A stretch of 64,000 nucleotides of DNA. It comes from a virus (lineage: Duplodnaviria > Heunggongvirae > Uroviricota > Caudoviricetes). The stretch lies in the IMG/VR virus record IMGVR_UViG_3300034093_001947; one strand, written 5' to 3'. Under the pieces are notes generated by a model, which did not search any database, had not been told where the DNA came from, and saw only the letters and a program-made list of their open reading frames with translations. The translations under genes were made by a program, and so were the position numbers. How positions within the stretch are numbered: the first letter of the stretch is position 1; each line of letters begins with the position of its first letter. Of this stretch, positions 23,507 through 34,170 are shown piece after piece.

Positions 23507-24943
23507 TTATAACCTCTTTATTTTTTCTTTATATTTTGAAATAAGTTTCTTCCTAGAAGAATACAATTTTTTATAGCTTATATCTTTAATTGTAAGATCT
23601 TTAATTTCGTCTAGTTCAAAGTGATTTAAAATTGCAAAGAGATAAGAACCTGAAGGTTTATTCTTTCCATACGCATATTCTGTATTAATTATTGATGCAA
23701 TTCTTTCAGCAGTATGTTGTGTCATAACATCATTGCACCATACATCATCTTTGACAGTATATCCATACTTATTATAATTTTTTTCAAAATCACTTTGATA
23801 ATATGTTCCCCCGGAATCTTTCAATCTCAATGGCTCGAAATGAAAACTAAAAGGAGTTTCTTTTAACCAACTAACGCTGTTAAAAATATCTTCTTCAGTC
23901 TCATGCGGGAGACCGACTATCATACCTAAGAATATTGAAACATCCTTATTCCAATGTACATTATATAAATCAATTAAGAACTGTTTAACAATTTCAGGCT
24001 TTAGACTTTTTCCAATTATTTTTAATGTATCTTGCCTAAATGATTCAATACCAAAAAATACTGTTGACAATCCCATCTCTTTAAGCATGTTGATAGTTTC
24101 TGGATTCTTATAAAGAAGATCTAATCTCATCCAACAGCTGAATTCAATTTTAAACGGCAATGATGTGATAACTTTATGCAGCTCTTCAATTTTAAATACG
24201 CTGTCGTTAAGGGTGTCGTCATTAAAGAAATATCTAGTAGTTCCGAAATGTTTATAGTTATATTCTAGTTCTTCTTTAATTTGTTCAATATCTCTCAAGT
24301 AATCTAGTTTACGTTTTCCGTTAAGAGGAAATGCACAAAATTTACATTTAAAAATACAACCCCTACTAATCTCAATTGGCAGTACTTCTTTTTCTAAAAT
24401 GCAGTCTTCTAGTAAAAACTTATGATTAAGGGACTGGATATCAAAAGAAGAATTCTGTTTGTCATATATCTTTTTACCAGACACTGTTTTAATAAACTTA
24501 TCTGTCTTACCTTTTTTAAGATTTTCACAGTATTTTAAAAATTGATCTTCTGAATAACCTTGAAATATATCATCTACCCATACGTAATCTACTCCGTGCA
24601 ATGCTTTTGCTCCGCCGAGACATATACGTAATTTAGGAAATTCTTTTTTTAATCTAATACACACATTAGATACATTCTCAGGAATTGAAAGAGGCAAGAC
24701 TGATTTGTTGTCAACCATCATTTTAAACTCGTTAAAAAACGAAGTTGATATTCCTAAACACAATGTATCTGTGGAAACAAATTGTTTAGCAGTATCATAT
24801 AATTCCTGCTCTGAAAAGTCTTGTATAAAATCAATAACTTGACAACTAAAACCGTGCTGCCTGCAATTATGTGCAAGTTGATATGCCCCTAACGATCGTT
24901 GAAAGACTAAACCAGATACTGTGGTTAATAAAAGGATGTCCAT
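23507..24943 (-). CDS. B12-binding-type radical SAM protein
   Basis: SRGCIFKCKFC; CLGGA; NDDT; FGIESF. Confidence 0.85.
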   Translation of the reverse strand: MDILLLTTVSGLVFQRSLGAYQLAHNCRQHGFSCQVIDFIQDFSEQELYDTAKQFVSTDTLCLGISTSFFNEFKMMVDNKSVLPLSIPENVSNVCIRLKKEFPKLRICLGGAKALHGVDYVWVDDIFQGYSEDQFLKYCENLKKGKTDKFIKTVSGKKIYDKQNSSFDIQSLNHKFLLEDCILEKEVLPIEISRGCIFKCKFCAFPLNGKRKLDYLRDIEQIKEELEYNYKHFGTTRYFFNDDTLNDSVFKIEELHKVITSLPFKIEFSCWMRLDLLYKNPETINMLKEMGLSTVFFGIESFRQDTLKIIGKSLKPEIVKQFLIDLYNVHWNKDVSIFLGMIVGLPHETEEDIFNSVSWLKETPFSFHFEPLRLKDSGGTYYQSDFEKNYNKYGYTVKDDVWCNDVMTQHTAERIASIINTEYAYGKNKPSGSYLFAILNHFELDEIKDLTIKDISYKKLYSSRKKLISKYKEKIKRL

Positions 24944-24944
24944 T

Positions 24945-25823
24945 TTAATATTGAAATTCGTTTAATTTTACATGCTCAAAGAATGGGGCTATTTTAAAGT
25001 CTTGTGTAATGCGTCCACGTCGAACACTACCGGGGTCGGGAATATCACTATCTTCAGGAGACCAGTCTGTAATTTTAACCCAAATTTTATTATCAGTATT
25101 AGGAATAGGAAACAATACATTGTGTTCTTCGTCGTAACCGTCGACATTATGATGCTTGTTAATCTCCTCAACAGGCATACCGCTTGCAGCAGATACAATA
25201 TCAATTAGATCATTAAAAGAATAGTTCTCATCTTTCTCAAGGGTATATCGTCCTATTTGTCCAATATTCCTAAATCTAATGACAACTTTTTTATTAAATG
25301 TTTTACATAAGTCGATTAATCTCGGGATAGATGATTCATTAACTCCTTTCATTATTAGACAGTTAATGTTAACGAACATATTCATGTTGACACAGTTTTC
25401 TAATGCTTTAACTTTTCGTTTAGCACACAACATATTATCTGTTTTAAGATACAAATGGTCAAGGTCTGCACCATTCATACTAATAGAAAGTGTACGTAAC
25501 CCGCTATCAAATAGTCGACGAACGTAGTCTGCATTAGCTAGTTTTAAACCGTTAGTGTTTAGCATCGGCCGATGCCCTACTCGTCTAATCATTTTGATTA
25601 TTTCGGGTAAGTCTTTTCTAACTGTTGGCTCTGCACCGATTAGTCTAACTTCAGTCCTATTAGGAAACTTACTAATACATTCTTCCAGCTTTGCAATATC
25701 CATATCAGGGATATCTCGATTAGGAATATAGCAATTAGCACATTCCATATTGCATCGATGTGTTACGTCTGCAATAACAGAATAGAACAAACTATCCTCC
25801 GGGTTATATTCAAAATATTCCAT
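24945..25823 (-). CDS. Radical SAM protein, MoaA/PqqE-like
   Basis: THRCNMECANC, LIGAEPTVR, NTNG, ISMNG. Confidence 0.8.
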   Translation of the reverse strand: MEYFEYNPEDSLFYSVIADVTHRCNMECANCYIPNRDIPDMDIAKLEECISKFPNRTEVRLIGAEPTVRKDLPEIIKMIRRVGHRPMLNTNGLKLANADYVRRLFDSGLRTLSISMNGADLDHLYLKTDNMLCAKRKVKALENCVNMNMFVNINCLIMKGVNESSIPRLIDLCKTFNKKVVIRFRNIGQIGRYTLEKDENYSFNDLIDIVSAASGMPVEEINKHHNVDGYDEEHNVLFPIPNTDNKIWVKITDWSPEDSDIPDPGSVRRGRITQDFKIAPFFEHVKLNEFQY

Positions 25824-25824
25824 C

Positions 25825-26583
25825 TTAAATTTTACAGTTATCCATTAAGGTCATTAAGTCATTGCTAGAACTAAAATGGTCATATACTGACAAATTAACA
25901 CTAAGAGTTATTCTATCAGTAGTACCGTTATTAGATACTGCATGATCTCGGCCTACATCGAACCAATAAAAATTGCCATCAGCGGGAATCTGAAATCTTT
26001 CACCTTCTACTTCAAACCATGTATCGTCATTAGTATACAATGCCGCATGAACTCTAATTTGCCTGTAATAAGGAAAATCAACATGAGGAGAAATAACTCC
26101 TCTTGGCTTTAAATTTAAAATTCTGCACTTAGTTTTAATACTATGAAATTTATTAACGACTTCGGCAAAATATCCCGAGTATGCTTGAGTCGGTTCAGAA
26201 AAGATCTTTTCATTTAGCTCAGTAGTTTGATCGTTTCCGAACTTAGCAAACGTATCATTAATGTCTAATTCAACTTCTTTTCCATCTTGATATCCGAATA
26301 ATTTTAATCCATCATACTCAGGATCTTCACTTTCTTTTCTAGAAGTTAAACTAATACCTTGATAAGTAGTTCGTATTTTTCCTTTTTTAGAAACTACGAA
26401 AGGTTTAAAGTCGTAATCACCTCTAACCCTAGTTAAGTCTGCACGTAACTTTTCTAAATCAAAAGAATAATATTCTGGCAGCTGTCTCCACTTAACTGAT
26501 TGAGGTTTCCACTCAGTGAACGGCGTGTACCAATCTTTATAGTAATCTGCCCCCTCAGTGGTGCTAACATCAAACTTAATCAT
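25825..26583 (-). CDS. Asp/Asn beta-hydroxylase-like Fe(II)/2OG oxygenase
   Basis: ISPHVDF...HAVSNNGTTDRITL. Confidence 0.75.
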   Translation of the reverse strand: MIKFDVSTTEGADYYKDWYTPFTEWKPQSVKWRQLPEYYSFDLEKLRADLTRVRGDYDFKPFVVSKKGKIRTTYQGISLTSRKESEDPEYDGLKLFGYQDGKEVELDINDTFAKFGNDQTTELNEKIFSEPTQAYSGYFAEVVNKFHSIKTKCRILNLKPRGVISPHVDFPYYRQIRVHAALYTNDDTWFEVEGERFQIPADGNFYWFDVGRDHAVSNNGTTDRITLSVNLSVYDHFSSSNDLMTLMDNCKI

Positions 26584-27316
26584 TTTTCTTCCTTATTAAC
26601 TTTATAAATTGCCAAGTTAAATCAAACTCTAAAGGTTTAGTTGAGAAACTCGGCGAGGACGGATTCTTATGATGGTTGTTATGAAACCCTTCACCTCCTA
26701 TTAACCACCCAGCTAACAACATATTAGTACTTAAATCGTCTGTTGCAAAATTTCTATAACCGACCTTGTGATTAACTGCATTTGTAATTGCAGTACTATG
26801 AAACATTAATACTGCCGGAATGCTATAGATCAATATTCCGATCATTGGATTTATTATATATAAGAGTACAATAAATCCTAACAGTAGTTCCATATATCGT
26901 TTGTGAATAAACACTGCTGTTTTGTTTTGCATTAAATCTTTTACAAGGTTACTGGGAATAACAAATGGTTTCCAAATATGGAAATAACTTTGTAAAAAAC
27001 CTATTGATACAGGGCTATGAGGATCTTTTTTAGTATCAGAATACGCATGGTGTAACCTATGGGTACCGATCCACCCTATTGGAGTACCAACTGTTGCCGG
27101 AACACTAGCAAATAACATTATCTTTTCCCATGCTTGGGAAGTTTGAAAACTTTTGTGAGTAAAGTATCTATGAAGACCGCCCGATACTCCTACTACTAAT
27201 AAAAATTGATATACTATAAAGGAAACACATAATAACCAGTATTGCTGATAGTATAATAGAAATACTACCAAAGCAACGTGATTTAAAAAATGTATTCCTT
27301 TAAGCACATAGTTCAT
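26576..27316 (-). CDS. Membrane fatty-acid desaturase
   Basis: HRYFTH, HRLHH, HNNHH. Confidence 0.9.
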   Translation of the reverse strand: MNYVLKGIHFLNHVALVVFLLYYQQYWLLCVSFIVYQFLLVVGVSGGLHRYFTHKSFQTSQAWEKIMLFASVPATVGTPIGWIGTHRLHHAYSDTKKDPHSPVSIGFLQSYFHIWKPFVIPSNLVKDLMQNKTAVFIHKRYMELLLGFIVLLYIINPMIGILIYSIPAVLMFHSTAITNAVNHKVGYRNFATDDLSTNMLLAGWLIGGEGFHNNHHKNPSSPSFSTKPLEFDLTWQFIKLIRKKND

Positions 27317-27317
27317 G

Positions 27318-27698
27318 TTAAGCTAATGTAAGTGATGCCTTGTCCGACTCGAATTCGATGTGAAAATCTGTTCCAAATTCTGTTAACAATGTTGCCCTAT
27401 ATTCGTCATATGCAGCCTCATCTGTAAAAATTCCAATCCAGGTTAAACTTCTCTCATCAGTAAATTCTGCAAGATGGTTTAACAGTTTATTATCATTGAT
27501 AAACTGTTGACGGACTTGTCTTAATTTTGGTAAAAAATTCTCTACTGCTACAACGGGTGCAGAAAAAACGCCCGTCTGAATCATGTAATTGTAGAATAAG
27601 ATTACATAATTTTCACCGCTATCCGGGTTAAAATCGGGATCGGAGATGTGAAAAAATTTAGTAACTATGTGGTGCATATCTGGCTTCCTATAATTCAA
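27318..27698 (-). CDS. Hypothetical protein
   Basis: ORF track; coupled within the operon. Confidence 0.6.
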   Translation of the reverse strand: MNYRKPDMHHIVTKFFHISDPDFNPDSGENYVILFYNYMIQTGVFSAPVVAVENFLPKLRQVRQQFINDNKLLNHLAEFTDERSLTWIGIFTDEAAYDEYRATLLTEFGTDFHIEFESDKASLTLA

Positions 27699-27934
27699 TA
27701 TTTATCCGAGATTTTGCCTTCAAGATATAATAACAGCTCGTTAAAATTTACCAGCTTTTCTTCATCCTCTTCTTCGATAGTTACACCAAATTTTTCTGCA
27801 ACAGTTAGCATAACCTCTAAGGTGTCTAAGCTGTCTATTCCTGCCTCTTTCCAAGATTGACTACTAGTAATAGTATGTTTTGTAACCGCCGTTTGATAAG
27901 AAATAATTTCTAGCAATTCTTCTTTAATGTTCAT
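27695..27934 (-). CDS. acpP: Acyl carrier protein
   Basis: 79 aa, acidic, GIDSLDTLE phosphopantetheine site, E.FGV.I. Confidence 0.85.
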   Translation of the reverse strand: MNIKEELLEIISYQTAVTKHTITSSQSWKEAGIDSLDTLEVMLTVAEKFGVTIEEEDEEKLVNFNELLLYLEGKISDKY

Positions 27935-28541
27935 TTAGGTCCTTGAGAATCTTAAGTTTTCGTCGACTGTTTTTTGCAGTCGCACTTCTAATGTAGTATT
28001 TTGAATTATAGGGAGGAGGAAGTCTCGCACTTTCGAGTAACATGTCATACACAGGAAACCCAGTTGATTCGACTCCATCATGCTCAAATTCAACAACGTA
28101 TAGATAATCGTTTAGTTCAGGAACATACTTAGGCCATAGATCAAAAATTTCTTGGCTCATTTGTCGTTCACTAATTGAGGTGTAGAACCTAAAATATCCT
28201 TTTGACTCTGCTAAGTCTAGTGCTAGCTTCATGGCCGCTGCAACACCATTTTTTTCTAGATTAATTGTTAGTGTTCTAATATTAGTTACAATATTACCAA
28301 GACTCCAATGCGGCATACTTTTCCACCAAGTCATACGTAATGATGCTATTAACTGCCCATCTTGAAAAGTTCCAATATAAGTTCCTGACTTATCGAGCAA
28401 TGTTTTTTCGACATTTTCTAAATTTTTCCAAAAGTCAAATTTTTCTTTTGGCTGATGTTCTGAACGCCAGGGCTCAATTTGATGATAGATATTAGACAAT
28501 GCGTTAGCGTCATCTACAGTTAAAATTCTCGTCTCTTGCAT
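27924..28541 (-). CDS. Hypothetical, possible GNAT-fold protein
   Basis: Beta-strand pattern YIGTF..GQLIASL..HWSLG; paralog of 21147-21719. Confidence 0.5.
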   Translation of the reverse strand: MQETRILTVDDANALSNIYHQIEPWRSEHQPKEKFDFWKNLENVEKTLLDKSGTYIGTFQDGQLIASLRMTWWKSMPHWSLGNIVTNIRTLTINLEKNGVAAAMKLALDLAESKGYFRFYTSISERQMSQEIFDLWPKYVPELNDYLYVVEFEHDGVESTGFPVYDMLLESARLPPPYNSKYYIRSATAKNSRRKLKILKDLNEH

Positions 28542-28548
28542 GTCTTAT

Positions 28549-30450
28549 TTAATTTTTTACAATTTCTATCTCTTTAAGAAAGAGTCTGTTTTTTCTTTGA
28601 GAGACTCCGGTGAACATTTGATATGCAAACATTCGTGGTCTCTTTTCCATTGGTATTCTGTAAAAGATTATCTCTTGTTTATCCCAGTCACTAACTCCTA
28701 CTTGTTTATCAACATATCTATATTTGTTAGTTCTTAATGAAATTGATGCTGACCAATTTCTATTGTCAAACCAATTGTCCCAATCAAACAGGGAAGAACA
28801 TAATTTACCCGAAGTAGGATCATACTCCATATCGATAACTTTATTATTTTGCCACTTTATTAAATCTTCAATTTTAGAATTTAATATAGGATGTAGTGAC
28901 TCTATCACAGATTGATAGAATTTATCTTTATTTTTTACAAAATGAAAACATAACTTTTCTTCTATCTCAAGACCAGAAACTCCGTCTGGATTCCAATTTA
29001 AAATTGTTCTATCTGTAGTGATCCATTCATTGAGTGCTAAAGTTAAATCTTTAAACAACTCAGGAAAGTTCTCTTCAAGTTTAGCAATTAAATCATCATA
29101 AAAATTTTGATAGCTTTTAATTTTTTTATTATGTAGATAAATGGCAATAACTTTAACTAACCCTAAATCGTGTAGAGCTTGAATGAGCCTACCAAAAATA
29201 TTCATTTTAATCCAGTCATCTGAATCAAATGTTTTGCACCCGATTATAATATCAGACATTTGATCAGGGTCTTTCTCTTTCGAGGACTGATTAAAGTAGT
29301 TTACTGTTGAAAACTGTAGTGCATGTTGATCTATATAGTTTTTATCTGCTGCTGGACTTCCTGGCAAGACACAGAAGTAGTACATCCTTAATTCTTCGTG
29401 CAAGTTTAGTTCAAACACATCATACAAACACTTACGCCATTTTTTAGGAGTATCGCCCGGGTTGCCAATTATTAGCTGTGTAAATGTAGGTATCTTTTTT
29501 TCTAAAAGTTTATCGGACAGTTTTCTAAGTTTATCGATATGCGGATTAATTCTATCAATAATTTCTAAGACTTCTTTGTCAGTATGCTGAAGACTGAACG
29601 TATAGTTACTAGTTGCACCACTTGAAAATAATATGTCTGCAATTTCTAAATTCCTATCTAAATTATTTTTACTATAACTGACATACATATTTTTTGGCTG
29701 ATTTGTTTTAGATTTTACATCTGCAATAATCTTTGCAATTTCAACATCTCTAGGAAGGATACCAAAATTTGCATCAGCTAGATAAACATAGTTCGGATCT
29801 AAACTGGCAATAAATTCTATTTCAGCTTTAACTACATCAAAAGGCCGCTGTCTAATTTTTGATAGTGTGGAAGATCCCCAATCACAAAATGTACATCCAT
29901 AGGGGCATCCCCTATTAGTTTCTAAAATTATGCTCATATTAAAGCTACTGAATTTTTCTTTTAGATCTAATATTGTGTCTTTTTGGAATAGATATGCACT
30001 AACAGAAAAATCAGTTATCTTTTCTACGAAATATTCTGATAATGATTTGCTTTTAGTACAGGGAATTCTATCAATTGGTTCCCCTTTAATTTTATCAACA
30101 ATTAAATGAATGCATGTTTCTGCTTCGTTAGTAACTACAAACTCAAATATTTCTGTATCATTTTCCAATGTATGTGGGCCACCAGCAATAATCACACCCT
30201 TAGGATTTAAATTTCTGTACCTATCAACAATCTTCATTGTTAAATTTCTATTCCATGCATAGAGACTAACCATCAAGATGTCACTATTTTTTAGATAAGC
30301 GTCATCTATTTCGTGATTGTGTATTATAGGATCTAGAAAATTAAATTTATTTTTAGATTTAGTTTCAACAGTGGTCTTAACTATTAGCCAGGATAAGGGA
30401 TAATGTATAAGGTTGTTGCTGATAGGTAGATGTACAAATCCGATTTTCAT
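28549..30450 (-). CDS. B12-binding radical SAM protein (633 aa)
   Basis: VSLYAWN, IIAGGPH, TNRGCPYGCTFCDWG, LADANFG. Confidence 0.9.
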   Translation of the reverse strand: MKIGFVHLPISNNLIHYPLSWLIVKTTVETKSKNKFNFLDPIIHNHEIDDAYLKNSDILMVSLYAWNRNLTMKIVDRYRNLNPKGVIIAGGPHTLENDTEIFEFVVTNEAETCIHLIVDKIKGEPIDRIPCTKSKSLSEYFVEKITDFSVSAYLFQKDTILDLKEKFSSFNMSIILETNRGCPYGCTFCDWGSSTLSKIRQRPFDVVKAEIEFIASLDPNYVYLADANFGILPRDVEIAKIIADVKSKTNQPKNMYVSYSKNNLDRNLEIADILFSSGATSNYTFSLQHTDKEVLEIIDRINPHIDKLRKLSDKLLEKKIPTFTQLIIGNPGDTPKKWRKCLYDVFELNLHEELRMYYFCVLPGSPAADKNYIDQHALQFSTVNYFNQSSKEKDPDQMSDIIIGCKTFDSDDWIKMNIFGRLIQALHDLGLVKVIAIYLHNKKIKSYQNFYDDLIAKLEENFPELFKDLTLALNEWITTDRTILNWNPDGVSGLEIEEKLCFHFVKNKDKFYQSVIESLHPILNSKIEDLIKWQNNKVIDMEYDPTSGKLCSSLFDWDNWFDNRNWSASISLRTNKYRYVDKQVGVSDWDKQEIIFYRIPMEKRPRMFAYQMFTGVSQRKNRLFLKEIEIVKN

Positions 30451-31259
30451 TTTTTTCGATCTTGGAACATCTTAATAAATGTTCCGGCTGGGTCAATTTC
30501 CCACCATTTAACACCAAGGTAGCTTTTTCCAGGTTTGGCATGATGATTGTTGTGCCATGTTTCCCCGAATACAAATGGCCAGAGCCACCAAACATTCATA
30601 CTATTATCTTTAGTATCAAAATTTGTATATCCAAAGCCAGGTGTATGATTTAAACTATTAGTAATATTATACGTGATTAAGGTAACAAAAGCAGCCAGTA
30701 TGGAGAAATATAAAAAGAAATCCCAACTGATAATTAAAAATATCAAATTAGAAACTACCCAAACTTTGTTATAGTGAGTACTAAACCATACTACATCTGG
30801 ATTACGAAGGCAATCGATTGCATATTTAAAATTAACTGCGGAGGGTTTAATGCGGTACATCCAAAGGATAAAGCTATGCCAAAACCCATGTATAGGGCTA
30901 TGATGATCTAATTCAGTATCACTGCACCGGTGATGATATCCTCTATGTAACGCTACCCACCAAACAGGACTACCCTGTCCTGCAATCACTGCGGCCCACA
31001 ACATGAGGCGTTCTTTCCATTTACTTGCTTTAAAACTTCTATGACTAAAATACCTGTGAAGTCCGGCAGTCACTCCGATAATGTTGATTACAAAATATCC
31101 TAGCAAGAAATATATTAGTTTAATATGTTCATAGTTTGCAACAATATCATAGCAGGCCCACATACCTAACAGCAAAGTCGGTGTTAATATTAGCAGAAGG
31201 TTAGGCACTTCTTTCAAGTTTTTAAGGATAGGATTAAACATGCTGCTATTTACCGGCAC
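30447..31259 (-). CDS. Membrane fatty-acid desaturase
   Basis: HRYFSH, HRGYHH, HNNHH; WWEIDP. Confidence 0.9.
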   Translation of the reverse strand: MPVNSSMFNPILKNLKEVPNLLLILTPTLLLGMWACYDIVANYEHIKLIYFLLGYFVINIIGVTAGLHRYFSHRSFKASKWKERLMLWAAVIAGQGSPVWWVALHRGYHHRCSDTELDHHSPIHGFWHSFILWMYRIKPSAVNFKYAIDCLRNPDVVWFSTHYNKVWVVSNLIFLIISWDFFLYFSILAAFVTLITYNITNSLNHTPGFGYTNFDTKDNSMNVWWLWPFVFGETWHNNHHAKPGKSYLGVKWWEIDPAGTFIKMFQDRKK

Positions 31260-31903
31260 AGTCGATATTGGTGTTTAAGCGTGAATGATAATAAAACTAC
31301 CGGGCCCAAAATAGACTTTGGTAAAATAAAACTAAGACCTTTAAATTTAAAAGAATCTAAATCTTGTTGAGATCTAAATATCTGTTCTACTCTAAAATTA
31401 TGAGTCAGCCCCGGAATAGTTTTTGTAAACACTTTGTCAATATATTCGTCTGCCTTAGAAAAATCAGTCATGTTTACTAAACCCTTCGGTGCTTTAATTA
31501 CCATGTACCCAGTATAATATCCTTGTGCTTCAAAGAATGAAGTAGATAATGCTTCTATTGATAAAATTTTATCAGCAGGTGTAGCCCAGGATGTTTCTCT
31601 GAAATATACTAACCCTACGCACCAATAAGGCCAGTAACTTTCTTTAATGCCCCAAACTACTTCTAACTTGTACGCAACAAATATTTGTTCTAATCTGCCA
31701 TTGATAAACTGTCCTGTTATAATAAAATCATTTTGAGATGCTTTATTAAACGTGTCTTTAATCCATGTAACAACACCTACTTGATTCTTATATGCGTATA
31801 TAGGATTAGTTCGTTGAAATTCTCCTTGCAAATAAAGATCGAGTATTTCGTTTAGTTGCTTTACATCATCAACATTAGCTGGATCTAAAAATCTATTAAT
31901 CAT
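31250..31903 (-). CDS. Hypothetical protein (weakly like the GNAT-fold paralogs)
   Basis: ITGQFINGRL, YWCVG, FEAQGYYTGY resemble the 21147 and 27924 ORFs. Confidence 0.5.
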   Translation of the reverse strand: MINRFLDPANVDDVKQLNEILDLYLQGEFQRTNPIYAYKNQVGVVTWIKDTFNKASQNDFIITGQFINGRLEQIFVAYKLEVVWGIKESYWPYWCVGLVYFRETSWATPADKILSIEALSTSFFEAQGYYTGYMVIKAPKGLVNMTDFSKADEYIDKVFTKTIPGLTHNFRVEQIFRSQQDLDSFKFKGLSFILPKSILGPVVLLSFTLKHQYRLCR

Positions 31904-33119
31904 TTTTATATTCTATGCAGATAGACTGTAACAATTTGTTAGCACGATTAGATACTTCAGTGATCGATTTATCTGCAATAATAAAATAACCTTTCTCGTT
32001 CGCTAGCATATCGTGTCTAGACGGATATATTCGTTTTCCGATATCTGGTAATACTAATTCATTAGCAGTGTTATTTTTGCATTCTATGTTTGATATTGTT
32101 CCTGCAGGAAAATTAAAATTATGATAAATGCAAGCACCGTCAAATATTGGCTGGTACTGTTGGTTGTTTAGTAAAGAAATGACCCATAACCCGGTGTATT
32201 CTTTACACAAAGAATGTAATGGTTTTTGGGGATTGTTTGTGACCCTCATACCAAAATCAATAAAATAAAAATCAGTATCACTAATAATCACATCAAATAA
32301 AAAAGGTGAATCATTCAATTGAATATGTTGTAAAAATTGGGCTGCTTGTTCTTTAATTTTTTCAATAACACTACGAGAAATTTTAGAAGGAAATCGAAAC
32401 ACTAATTCTGTGCACCACGGCGGGGGAGATGATTCTATATCAAAAATTGAATCAAACGTAATTTGACTACCAACTACTCGACCAGAAACTGTGATTAACT
32501 CACCTTCTATAAATTCTTGTATAATATAGTTGCTATTAAAATCAAAGTAGCCTTGCTTCCAGAATTCAATTTTTGGTAAAGCGTGTTTATCAATATCAAA
32601 AAATTGCGTCAACTGTTCATTATTAAAAATTACTTTAACACCTATACTACCTGTTCCTGCTGACGGTTTAACAACTACAGGAAATTTTAACGAAGTGTTA
32701 TCTATAAAAGTTTTAGGATACGGTATTCCAATAGTTTCAAAAATTTTATAATATGCTTCTTTATTGCACAGTGCTGATTGTTCTAGTTTTATCCCTGGCA
32801 AATTAAATTTTGAGTTTAATGATGCAATTACATGATTAATATAATCAGGCATAGTAGGCAATATGTAACAGTACTCTTCAACTTTAATCAATTCTTTAAG
32901 AAATATTTCAAACCTACTATGGGTAGTAGAATCGTAGGTCAATTCACTATTATAAATTTTAATATTGTTTTGAGGAATAAGTCCTTTTAGTTTTCTAATA
33001 AGAAAGTCAAATTCAGTGTTGTCAGTAGCGATAACAACATCGTACTCTATTAACAAATCATTTAAAGATTGTAGACAGCACAGCAGATTTGCATTCAATG
33101 ACGGAATTAATATTTTCAC
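31896..33119 (-). CDS. ATP-grasp ligase
   Basis: NK..Y, FPVVVKPSAGTGSIGV, IQEFIEG, YFIDFG.R. Confidence 0.85.
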   Translation of the reverse strand: MKILIPSLNANLLCCLQSLNDLLIEYDVVIATDNTEFDFLIRKLKGLIPQNNIKIYNSELTYDSTTHSRFEIFLKELIKVEEYCYILPTMPDYINHVIASLNSKFNLPGIKLEQSALCNKEAYYKIFETIGIPYPKTFIDNTSLKFPVVVKPSAGTGSIGVKVIFNNEQLTQFFDIDKHALPKIEFWKQGYFDFNSNYIIQEFIEGELITVSGRVVGSQITFDSIFDIESSPPPWCTELVFRFPSKISRSVIEKIKEQAAQFLQHIQLNDSPFLFDVIISDTDFYFIDFGMRVTNNPQKPLHSLCKEYTGLWVISLLNNQQYQPIFDGACIYHNFNFPAGTISNIECKNNTANELVLPDIGKRIYPSRHDMLANEKGYFIIADKSITEVSNRANKLLQSICIEYKND

Positions 33120-33574
33120 GGTACAGTCTTATAAGTTCTAAATAATATATCCCAGAAGGGATGAAATATCCCATAATTATACGGTCCGTTAAAATGATGA
33201 ACTAGGTGCCACTTTCCGCTAGTACTCAATGGAAAGATATCAAAGGTTCGATTGTGTTCGATTGCTTCTTGAATAAATGCAGACCATATATAAAATATCA
33301 CAGCAATCCACCATTGTCCTGTAATATAGCAAAACAATAGAGTTGGTATAATTTCAGTTAACCAAACATCTATAGTACTGACTTTGTTATCCTGAAAAAT
33401 AAAAATATTAGTCCAATGCCAGGTTGGTTCATTATTAACGATAAACTGATGATGTCCAACATGATAGGTTTTTAGGAATGGTACTACATGGGCAGCACGA
33501 TGCATCCAGTATAGCAGTAGCGTCCATACTAGGAAATATATTATACCAAAGATTATGCTTTGAGCACTGACCAA
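33116..33574 (-). CDS. Fatty acid hydroxylase / sterol desaturase family
   Basis: YWMHRAAH, YHVGHH, IEHN, WHLVHH...NYG. Confidence 0.85.
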   Translation of the reverse strand: MVSAQSIIFGIIYFLVWTLLLYWMHRAAHVVPFLKTYHVGHHQFIVNNEPTWHWTNIFIFQDNKVSTIDVWLTEIIPTLLFCYITGQWWIAVIFYIWSAFIQEAIEHNRTFDIFPLSTSGKWHLVHHFNGPYNYGIFHPFWDILFRTYKTVP

Positions 33575-34170
33575 TCAAACTCCCAGGTTGCGTCTATTTT
33601 TTCGTACAGCACCCATTGCGGAGTGTACTGTATATTTACAAGGAAGGGTAGTTCGTTTATGTTAGAAAAGAATAAATGTTCCGGGGATCTCTGAAATACT
33701 CGACCTGTTTGTTCTCCAAGGCGAGTTCTGTAAAAAATGTTCTTTATATTTTTATTGTAATCATTAAAGCATAATGCTACCTGTTTACAGCCTTTATTCA
33801 TACTCCATACTTTTTGTTTGGGGAGAATGTAATCTCTAATTAACGCACGATGTCGAAACTGTTTTGCAGTCCATGTGCGAGTTCCAGCTAAACTGATGCC
33901 TTTGTTAAATTCACTTAGATAAACTCCACCGCAAGCAGCAATAGTTTCTCCATTAATTAGTACATAAAATTCACCATTGCCGTTTGAAAATCGATCAGTT
34001 TTTAGTAACACATGCGGTAAGGTATGTGGAGCTTCTTCCCAATTATCGTCCCACATGTTAGTTGCTGCAGGTTGATCAGATTCTAGGCTAGCAGCTTTGC
34101 AAAAATCAAAAAAGTATAGACGTTGTTGCTCCGACAAAGACGAAAAGGCAATTAAAATAAATTCAGACAT
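33553..34170 (-). CDS. Hypothetical, GNAT-like protein
   Basis: TIAACGGV...GTRTWTAKQFR. Confidence 0.5.
   Translation of the reverse strand: MSEFILIAFSSLSEQQRLYFFDFCKAASLESDQPAATNMWDDNWEEAPHTLPHVLLKTDRFSNGNGEFYVLINGETIAACGGVYLSEFNKGISLAGTRTWTAKQFRHRALIRDYILPKQKVWSMNKGCKQVALCFNDYNKNIKNIFYRTRLGEQTGRVFQRSPEHLFFSNINELPFLVNIQYTPQWVLYEKIDATWEFDWSVLKA

Noticed and set aside
24945-25823. QueE assignment for this radical SAM
   Set aside because: Its motifs (THRCN.EC.NC, IGAEPT.R, ISMNG) fit MoaA/PqqE-like proteins better, and it is not adjacent to queC or queD.
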